A stretch of DNA of 59,069 bases, the filler included, from Dugesia japonica (lineage: Eukaryota): NCBI GenBank assembly GCA_001938525.1. It is 5 parts of 5 records of this genome, joined end to end, with 100 filler letters (N's around TTAATTAATTAA, not from the genome) between each part and the next. Parts side by side here need not be neighbours in the genome. Positions count along the whole stretch, not along the records: positions 48,481 to 59,069 come from MQRL01524183.1; 4 more parts are not named here. One strand, 5' to 3'. Positions 49,158-59,069 of the stretch are shown here, piece after piece. Position 1 is the stretch's first letter, and each line of letters opens with the position of its first letter. The translations under genes were made by a program, and so were the position numbers. The notes under the pieces are model-generated. The model was given only the letters and a program-made list of their open reading frames with translations, was not told the DNA's origin and did no database searches.

Positions 49158-49169
49158 GCTACTATCTAC
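49158..49169 (-). mobile_element. Probable Polinton/Maverick terminus AGTAGATAGTAG
   Basis: CTACTATCTACT closes the repeat array. Similar AGTAGAT.. ends at 51859 (+), ~50308 (-) and ~355 (-). Confidence 0.5.
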
Positions 49170-51099
49170 TTACTCACATCAATCATCAATCATAGAAGAG
49201 TATCCGCAAATTACTTGGTTTTGAAAGTTAAAATTGATATTAGAATTTATTCGAATTAAAGTTTGAATTTATATGTTGAAACTTTAGTTTACTACAAATT
49301 TTCATGCACGAGAACATTAATCAAACAGTACATTAAAAACCAATGAAGAGTAAAGAGTAGAAAAGCCAATAAACCAATAATGAAGAGAGAGAAAACCATT
49401 AAAAATTGAAAACCAACAAAGAGCAGAAAAACCAATAAAGATTAAATTATCATCTAAAACCAGCCAAAAATAGACCTGNNNNNNNNNNNNNNNNNNNNNN
49501 NNNNNNNNNNNNNNNNNNNNNNNNACCAAGATTGTCATACCGAGGTAATTTCAGATCAAGATTGTCCAAAATGGGCCAATGTGAACAAAACATTGACCAA
49601 TATTCTATCTCACCGAGTTAATTATCAACCTATGTTTTATTATTTTAATGGTCCTCGGTAGAGACTCCCAAATAAAATACCTTTTTTCTATATAAATTTT
49701 TATCTATAAGGTTTGCCAATTTTTAACCGTGTAATTCTTACTCATCGTAAAATATCCTATCGAATGGTACCATTTTCAATAAATTTTGAGTTACTTTTTA
49801 TTTTTTCGAAAAAGTTACCAATTATGGAGGGCATTTGGCTCGAGACGATATTTTAACTTCGTCCAGTAACTTTTTTATTCTGAGTTAAATGATACAAAAG
49901 TTGAAGCCATACCTGTTATGTATGCCGAGAAAATTGAGCACTAAAATTCAAGATTTTTCCAGACAAAACTTCATTTATTTAAACCAGGATAAACTTTGTC
50001 GATTTTTATATAACATATTTGGAATCAGTGTAAAATTCACTATCGAATAGTAACTTTGTTGAGAATTTTTGAGAATAAAGTTTTTTTGAAAAATTTTATG
50101 TAAAATATTGGGAAAACTAAAAATGGTCCTCGTTAAATTGCCAAATAAAAACAGAAAAAATTTTAAAACACTGTATCCGATTACATAAAATCTCGACGAT
50201 GAAATTAATCCAATTACTTAAAATATTTTTCCTAACTAAAAACACAAGGATTAAATTTATTACATCACTATTATTGGGTGAGAGGGGATTTGTGTACTAT
50301 CCATCTACTATTATGAACCCATTGTTCATACTTTCAGAGTGAGCGTGCGGAGAAGAAGGCCATATACGCTCTCGATGAATTAATGTTAATTAATCCTTTG
50401 ATTAATTCTTTGATTTATATATAATAATATTATTAATAAGTATTAAATTACGTATCTAAGTATTATATTACGTAATTTATATATATTTTTGGTTAATTAT
50501 AAATAACAGTTTACACTACTCTCAAATTAAAAGTAATTTATATTATAAAATTTAAATTTATATCTAAATTTAAATCTATAGATAATATTCGGTTTTTGAA
50601 ATATTTTTATAATCTTAAAAAATTCAATTTTATAAATTTAAATCAGTTTTATTCATAATTAAACGAAAATTTTAAACCAAATTCAAAATATCAAATAATT
50701 CAATAACTTTTAAACCAGATTTCTTTCAATTAAATTTAATTAATTTAAACTGAACAGTTTTCATGGAAATAATAGGAATTATTAATTACAATTCAATGTA
50801 ATTCAATAAAGGAGCTTTAAATTAAATCTCCTTATTACAATAGAATCCATTAGACTTTATACGTTTTCATCAAATAGAGTTTTAGAACTGGTGAATTCTT
50901 CGAACGCGTTTTTAGTCGTAACTTCGTTGTAAAGTGTTTTGTTAACACTGAAAATGGTCGAAGTGTTCGTAAAGGTGAGGTCTCGTGATTAATCTAAATT
51001 AAGTAATGATTTGTATCCCAGTTTTTTCAATTCTTCCGTAATCATTTGTGAGACACGCAATCTGGGATTAGTCCATTTTCGATAGATTAATACTAGGCA

Positions 51100-51700
51100 T
51101 AAATATTGCAGTTTTCCAAGAATTTTGTAGTTTTTCTGACAATGCTTCTCTGATATGATGGTCTTGTCAGAATTTAAGAAAATTGTTTTGGAACCTCATC
51201 TTCTCTTAGCCAATGTATGGAACCTCATTAAATATTGCATATACACTTGATAAACAATCTAATAATAACTGAATATTTAACATTGGAAAAGACATTTTTT
51301 CTGTCCTTAAATTTACCTCTCTATAATTCACACACATACTTATTGAGCCGTCCTTTTTACCCACAATCACTAATGAAGAATTCCAAAGACTATTACATTA
51401 GCTGATCACACTAATCTTTGCTAATTCTTATTGAATCTCCTTTCACGTTTATTTCATGTATTACGTTTCTCGTATGTCCAATATCTAACTTCAAAGCCAC
51501 AAATATCTCACCAAAATTCTAAATCAACTGAACCGTTTTTCTGTTATCAATCTCTTTGAACACTTTCAACATGTGCCAAAATGTGTTATATTTAGACACT
51601 CATTTTCAATGTTATTTATTTCTATTAATATCACTCCCAAACTATGCATTTTGTCAATACCACCTATCGATTCTGGGTGGATCTGTCTATGATGACTATA
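51100..51700 (-). mobile_element. Gypsy RT N-terminal remnant
   Basis: WNSSLVIVGKKDGSISMCVNYREVNLRTEKMSFPMLN. Confidence 0.8.
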
Positions 51701-51858
51701 ATTTTTNNNNNNNNNNNNNNNNNNNNNNNNNNNNNNNNNNNNNNNNNNNNNNNNNNNNNNNNNNNNNNNNNNNNNNNNNNNNNNNNNNNNNNNTATTACA
51801 ATTCAACGAAACTTTTCCAATTGTAATCGAATAGTTTTTACTAATAATTGTCTCCGAA

Positions 51859-52900
51859 GTAGATAGATAGTAGCACTCCAACTCATTTCCCAACGGAGAA
51901 GGAAAATGTTATCAAGCCGACATTTTTATCCATTCAAATTTATTTGGAAATTTTCCAGGCTTATGTTACTCATCATTCAAAGAAAGTTTTTACTATAATT
52001 AAGAATATCATATTTAGAAATCAAGATAACATGAACACAACAAATTAAATAAAAATAACATTATAATTCTTCCCGAGGAACATCATCATTGAAATCAATT
52101 TGCTCCACGAGTGGTCATTGAAATAAAAATAATAATACACACATATAACAAATTAAATGAAAATAACACTAGAATACTCATCGAGTAGATTTAATATTAT
52201 ACTAATAGTACACACATAAAAAATTAAATAACGAAAGAACAAANNNNNNNNNNNNNNNNNNNNNNNNNNNNNAAATATTGTTTTCGACCCATCTGATTAA
52301 GTTGTCTGAAACTTGTGAGTTAAATTTCTAAATAAAAAAAATCAATTAATTTCAATTAAAACATAAAAACATTACTACCTTTACATTGACTGGATGAACT
52401 TATAAATTACGGTTTGAAATAGTATAATGTCCGTATGGTAGAATTATATTTTTATCTACCCATACACGCTTATCGTCTGTATTAGTCAAAGCTACTTTAG
52501 GTCCATTAATACTAAATAGTCTTTACTGCAAATTTTAAATTGGTTAACTGAGACCTTTTGATTATTATTATAACAACCAAGATACAATTGGTGATTTATG
52601 TCGGTACCTTTTAATGTTATACCCTTAGCTTTGGTAGAAGTTTTTTCACCATGACGAATACAACATTCCGGTCTCAGAAAAACCCATTCCTCATATATTA
52701 TACCTTTGAACTCATCTTTAAATTTCCCTACCACAGAATTCAAGTCATTATTGAAAAGTGAGTTGTTTGTACAATAATTAGAGGAATCCAAAAACTTATC
52801 TCGTACCATTAGGCATAAATTTCTCTAACCTAATGTTTTTAATATCTAGAAAATAACTGTCTAAGTCTCCCGCAACAATACTTATAGAATAGTTTTCTAC
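51859..52900 (-). mobile_element. Polinton/Maverick end with pPolB C-terminal remnant
   Basis: AGTAGATAGATAGTAG at 51859. 52400-52900 encodes SIVAGD-DS, FLDSSNY, VVGKFKDE, FLRP, KAKGI and DDKRVW; same family as 43990-44930. Confidence 0.8.
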
Positions 52901-53099
52901 TCTACGATGCTCCCAAATCTGTAAATATAATCCATTAACATCTACTCTACTCCACTCTCATCCATAATTTTTCATTTATACTTCTTCCATCATCATTTCA
53001 ATTTATTATATCTCTCTCATCGCAAACTCNATCAAAGAAAAGAAAATGATTGAGTCACTCTGGTTTTTCTAATTACTACGATATGATTTGTTACGCTCT

Positions 53100-53900
53100 C
53101 ATCTTCTTCTTTTGATTCATTCAATTCCTCCTGAATACACATAATTTTAATGTTCCTTCTACCAGGCCAACCGTATAATATCCTACAAGATCGGAAATTA
53201 TGGCAAGACTTATTGCAAATTAAACATATGTCTTTTAACGAATATTAGTATTCATATTCTCCGCAGTAATAACATTGTCTATCCAGCAGTTTCTCTTCAC
53301 AAGTTTCCAAAAACCCCATTTGTCTATTAAAATAACGCCATGCAAAATATTTCATAGATACATTGAGTTTTTGCTTCATCGTTTGTGTTCTATCAACTGT
53401 CATCACTGTTTGAGTATTCTTCTCATATATTCTTTTATGAGTAAATATTCCTGCGTACTGTCAGTCATTTTTAACTTTATTTCTGCATAGTTTCACTAAA
53501 TGTGTTTTAACTTATTTTTTTGTATGATTCAGACATTTTTATTTTTGGCGATTCGTCGATAAAGTTCTTTATCCTTGCAAATCTTTGCGAGGGATTTCAT
53601 TTATGAGATTTTGATATGAAGACGTCTCATAATTTTTTCACTTCCCCGTTTTCTGAAATTATTTTATTCTTACTTAGTCCTGAATTCATAACAGTATCAA
53701 TTAGATTTTCTACCCTGACCTTGAATGTTGCGAATCTTTCTTCCGTTTCTTGTTTTGCCATTGCTTATTTTAAAGTCAACTTTGTAAATCATTTTTCATT
53801 GTAAATGTATCTATGAACCATTTCCTGGCTTCATTCCATGCCAACTCCATCTTTTTGAAATCTTTCAAAAGAATTCCTGTTTCATCTGAGTAAGGTAAGG
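53100..53900 (-). mobile_element. Degraded Gypsy RH/integrase fragments
   Basis: A GVILIDKWGF-ETCEEKL-DR segment resembles the rve core; heavily eroded. Confidence 0.4.
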
Positions 53901-54104
53901 AGAATATATCCAACAAATTGAAGTCATTAATAATAATTCATTCTTCAATATCTTGAAGTTCCTGCTATACATTTACTATCACATTTTCTGACATTGAAAT
54001 TGATCAATTCTTCAAATTTTCTATTAACACATCTAAAATTAATTTCCTTTGAAGTTTGAAGATGTTATGAAAACCGTAATTTCTAATATCAATTTCATAC
54101 GACA

Positions 54105-54952
54105 CAACAAACTTAACTATCGATAATTTAGAAAATTCTTGGACGAAACTGATACAGAATGGAATGAAGTTATATATTTCGCTGAAGTTAGATGGCTAAG
54201 TAAGGGTAAATTATTATTATGGTTTTTCAACTTACGAAAAGAAATAATGTAATGAAAAAAATCATTTAATTCCTGAACTCGAAGATTATATTTGGTTGTG
54301 GAAATTGGCATTTTTATTGGACTCAGTGGATCATATGAACAAATATATTAATAAAATGCTCGGCAATATGAAATTAGTTAGCTATTTATTTTCAAACGAG
54401 CAAAATTTTGCAACAATATTGCATTTATGTCACAGAAAATATGTGCGAATAATTTCCAGCATTTTAAATTTTGTGATAAATTAAAATAATCCAGTGAATA
54501 AAGCCAGTATTCCAATTAATATCTTTAGTGATGCACTACAAACATTGATCAAAAATATGAAAGAAAGATTTTCAGATTTCAGCGATATATCAAATGAAAT
54601 ATTACTTTTCGAAAATCCTTTTAAATTTGATATGGATGTAGTGTTTCCAGATGNNNNNNNNNNNNNNNNNNNNNNNNNNNNNTGAGTTTCACTGAGAAAA
54701 CATTGGTAGAGCTTTATAAAGGACTATCAAAACAAGATTTTCAAGCCTGCGAATATTTGCTTAAAAAATGTTCTCAATTTTTGGCTCATAATCATGTGAA
54801 CAAAAATTTTCAATAATGAAATACACAAATTAAATCAAAATTAATTATCATATAATCCTTTGCAGGACATTTTACGAATTGTAACGTCAAAAATAGCACC
54901 CAATATTACAGAATTGGCATCTACTATGCAAGCCGATCCATCGTACCAATAA
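54105..54952 (+). mobile_element. hAT Charlie/SPIN (GTF2IRD2-like) transposase remnant
   Basis: YFAEVRWLSKGK, WLWKLAFLLDSVDHMN, RFSDF, LFENPF, SCEQKFSIMK. Confidence 0.85.
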
Positions 54953-55289
54953 ATACTTACTACATTTATTATTTACTGTTTATAGAAATGAATTATGAAA
55001 TTCATTTAATTTTGATGTATTAATAACATTCACTTTATTTCCATTTTTTGNNNNNNNNNNNNNNNNNNNNNNNNNNNNNNNNNNNNNNNNNNNNNNNNNN
55101 NNNNNNNNNNNNNNNNNNNNNNNNNNNCCCAAGTCAAAATAAGTTTGGGCATCGCTGCTTTAGATTCATCCAATGCATGCTTAATCATTTTGATTCTGCT
55201 ATTTTGTCTATTAACTTTATTTTAATATTAGTTGATAAATCATTTGTCTACTAATCGTATCATTATTTATTTCTTTTATTTATATCTTT

Positions 55290-55540
55290 TTTTGAATTAG
55301 GACCAAATATTGTTCTAACAATTGCTGAACAAGCTGGAAGTATCAATGTCTCTCCAATGGTATGTGGCTTCATTTCGATTACTATTTCGATTACCACTAA
55401 AGAACTGGATTCATGAACTCAGGTTGGTTATTGTAATTTTTTTCATAAAGGTTTTACTTTGTTCTTTTTGAGAACTTAACAAATTTTTGAATTATTCTGG
55501 TGGTTTTTAGTTAAACTACTATGTTTCGAAGATAAATTCT
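55290..55540 (-). mobile_element. hAT Buster/ZBED5-like transposase fragment
   Basis: KPHTIGETLILPACSAIVRTIFG. Confidence 0.75.
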
Positions 55541-56819
55541 AATAAAATGTTTTGATAAACATTTACAGCAAATGCTTATTAGTTATGTTCTCCATGGACA
55601 TTTTCTGTAAATGCTTTACCAATCAAAGTTAGTAAAAAATGTCAGCAAAAAATATTAATAAATAAATATCCTAGTAAACAATGCAGTTGTATAAATCAAG
55701 TAGATTAATTGACAATACATAATAAAGAAACCTTTACTCAAATATTCTCTGTAATAAGGTTTGCTAAAAACGCTTAATATTAAACATTAATAAACGCTTA
55801 TCATGTGTTAGCTAAGATTTTGAAGTAAATCTTTGTTTACATGGTAAATATTGATACGGGTAAATAAGTGTATACGGTTGCNAATATGTGTACAGTAATA
55901 CCTTATTTAGCGTTATCTTTTTTACAGTGATTTTCAATTTAACGTGATTCAAATTTTCCGTAAAAGTTGATAAATTCTTTTTAAAATTTTGTTTTAATTA
56001 AAATTTTAAAAGCTTTTCATAAAAGCTTTTCGTTAAATTTGGAACGCTATGGGAGTATTGCTGTACATATGTAGATATATTTATAAGTATAAAACGATAG
56101 CATGATCCAGTAATACTGGGGACATAAAGGTGCTCATTCATAAAATGACAGGAATAAAATGTCCATGATTATCTGTCTTGAATAATGATAATTTATAAAG
56201 TATTAGAAATAAAGTTATCAGTAATAAAGAAATACCGCATCGAATAGCATCATTTTAAGTAATAATACAGATTAAAGGTGAAAATAGAGAATATCTCAAT
56301 AATACTGAGAGTATACAAAAAATTAAAATAATAAAAATTAGAATAAAAAAGGCATTTAAATAATCGGGCACGAACATTATCTCGAAGATTGAGATTATCA
56401 ATAAAAAGTAGGAAAAAGATGTTTAAATTTGTTGTAAAATATAAAGATCAACATGATAGATTTGTAATAAAAATTTGAGTAATTAATAATAATTCGAAGT
56501 TTCAAATATTATATCTGATATAAAACTGTGATTATAAACTTAGCAAAAAACCCAATATTGATAAGTTTATTGCATTAAATTGGTGGTTGGACAGGCTTTA
56601 AAAATCTTATAATTTAATGGAATACTACCATTATCAAAAAAATGCCCGGTCAACCCAATTTAAAATTCACACACAGATGCTATAGATGTAATTCCTATTT
56701 TTAATAGTTGCTACATATTTGTTTTATTACATCACCAAATTTCAGCTGAACAGATCGTAATTTGAAAAAGCTACTGTAATTTATGTAAATTAATTTTAAT
56801 GTTATCGTCTATGTGTAGG

Positions 56820-57091
56820 ATGGATGATATAATTGAACAAAGAATTTGTATTATATTCTGCGTCAAAAACGAAATGAAACGTCCCGATACTTTGAAAATG
56901 CTATAGAAGTCCTATGGAAACAATGCTTTATCAAAATCAACAACTAATGAATGATATGCACGATTTTTAGATGGTCGTATTACTGACACAGCTGATCCTA
57001 GATCTGGAAGACAATCAACCTCGAAGAAAGACAAAAATATCAAAGAAATAAAGTCATTGTTAATGGAAAATAGGAAATTGACTATCAGAGA
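56820..57091 (+). mobile_element. mariner transposase N-terminal remnant
   Basis: MDDIIEQRICIIFCVKN...ALSKSTTNE*YARFLDGR...DPRSGRQSTS...ENRKLTIRE. Confidence 0.85.
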
Positions 57092-58671
57092 GAGGTTAAT
57101 GGAGACTACTTAGAAAGAAACAGTTAAAATTGTGTTGAATCAACAGTGTTTCATTTTAAATTGAGTTGATCGGGTAATTATTGATCATGGTAGTATTTCT
57201 GTAGGAAGAAAGCTATTTTGTCAAGTTTAGCAACTTAAGTAATATTGGTTTGAGTAGTGTTATTAAGAGAATTTCTATTTTTAAACTTCATTCATTAAAA
57301 CAAATTATTTCTTTCAAAATTTTTACAACTTTCTCTGAAATGTTTTACTTTCAAATGATCATTTTTCAATTCTCTGTATATTAAAAAATATTTAAATTAA
57401 TTTTAAAAGTTACAAAAAAATATTTCATTCAAAAATTACTAAATTTGTAAAATAAATTCATAAAATTTAAAATCCTTAATTTATGAAAAATTTTAATATT
57501 TACTTTAAAACAAACATGTAGATTTACAAAAAATTTTAATAATTAATTCTTTATGTTAAAAATTAAAATTAATTAAATCAATTAAAGAATTAAATAATAA
57601 AAATATTTCACAAGTGAGTTTCGCAAATATTTTTACTGTAAAAAAAGTTTTAAAAATATTTTAAATGTTGACAGAACATGATGGTTTTTAATTGCAACAA
57701 GTTAAGAAAAACATTGGGATTAAATTTAATAATTATTATTGTTATAAATCACAAAAGGAAAGAATACGTTGGCGTGTTAGCATGTCTGGATACAAATAAG
57801 ACTTTGCAATTTATAAATCAAAAGTGCTGTTTCTTACAAATAAACACAAATCTTTAAAAAAAAGTTGTTAATTAAAGAGTGGATGACGTCAAAATCAAAT
57901 TGACATAGGATAATTGCTATAAAAGGCCATGTGAGCCCAAACATTCTACGAAAAATCTGTGAATCCATCACGGGAGATGTATCGATGAAATCACAATCCA
58001 ATCTATTAGAATATAGCACAATACAATCTTTTTCTTTTGTCAATAATAATTATGGAGAAAAGATAAAAGCTCAACTGAACAAACATAAAGAAAAAGATGA
58101 AATATTAATTGAAGACAAGAATTAGATAATAAGAAAATAAAATTATAGATAAACATTATAGATAAAACATTATAGATAAATAATTTACAACAGAACATTG
58201 TTTGCAATAAACATAACTCATATATTACTGAAAACGAAAAATTTCGAATAATTTCAATACTTATTTCTTATAATTTTTTTAATTTTTATAATAGCAAAAT
58301 CAATATTAACAAAATTATTTCGTATTATTTTCAGTATTAAATATCAAAATTATCATTTTTCAAAAGTTTCTTTCTTCATTTTTTAAATAAAACATTTTCT
58401 AATTCACGGTCCAACATTAAAATAATCTTTTAGATGATAATTAATTAAAGCAAATTTTTGTCATTAATTGACATGTGATTAATGCTATAAAAGGTCATGT
58501 GAGCCCAAAAATTAAGAAAAATATGTGAATCAACCATGGGAGATGTATCGATGAAATCACATTCCAATTAATCATAATTTATAAATAATTTCTAAATTTA
58601 TTTTTGAAATATAAAAGGGCCCAATACAAAGTTTTGAGAGAAATAGAAAGATATCTGATCGAAAAAAAGCA

Positions 58672-58735
<64 letters not shown>

Positions 58736-58785
58736 NNNNNNNNNNNNNNNNNNNNNNNNNNNNNNNNNNNNNNNNNNNNNNNNNN

Positions 58786-58854
<69 letters not shown>

Positions 58855-59069
58855 GTTGTGAGAATAAATGAACTAATCGAATTTTATTTGCTATGAAATA
58901 TTTAAAAGTACTACTTTATGCATCTTAGTTGAAAATTCAAATATTTTTATTATTATTTAGTTTAAATGATAACCACGAGTTAAAATGTTACACAAAAAAT
59001 TTACACCTAGATTTAAATTATAAAATAAGAAACCGAAATTCAAACCTGCATAAATACGATAAAAATTAC

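Overview
Very AT-rich, gap-ridden eukaryotic (animal) genomic DNA. The short 39-51 nt introns, AAT microsatellites and TE content suggest a planarian flatworm, but that is inference. Four N-embedded TTAATTAATTAA linkers (16567, 27617, 39914, 48425) split the window into five stitched pieces, so adjacency across them is not trustworthy. Most of the window is decayed transposable elements: Gypsy LTR retrotransposons, Penelope elements with minimal hammerheads, a complete hAT with an 8-bp TSD, other hAT/mariner relics, and Polinton/Maverick pPolB, ATPase and terminus relics. A few host exons are present: an ABCA transporter NBD, an F-type-lectin-like + PAN/Apple gene, and a GPCR-like TM1 exon. 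The main candidate novelty is in the first 16.5 kb: at least six diverged pieces of an element bounded by TGTTGGGGT...ACCCCAACA, with one complete ~3.26 kb copy flanked by a 4-bp ATTT direct repeat (probably a very large solo LTR). It carries a CCAAT/TATA promoter and a leader exon ending in A. It also carries two small coiled-coil ORFs that each start at an AG|TG acceptor (ATG apparently assembled by splicing) and have their own AATAAA. It ends in a ~170-nt multi-stem structure with compensatory base changes across four copies.
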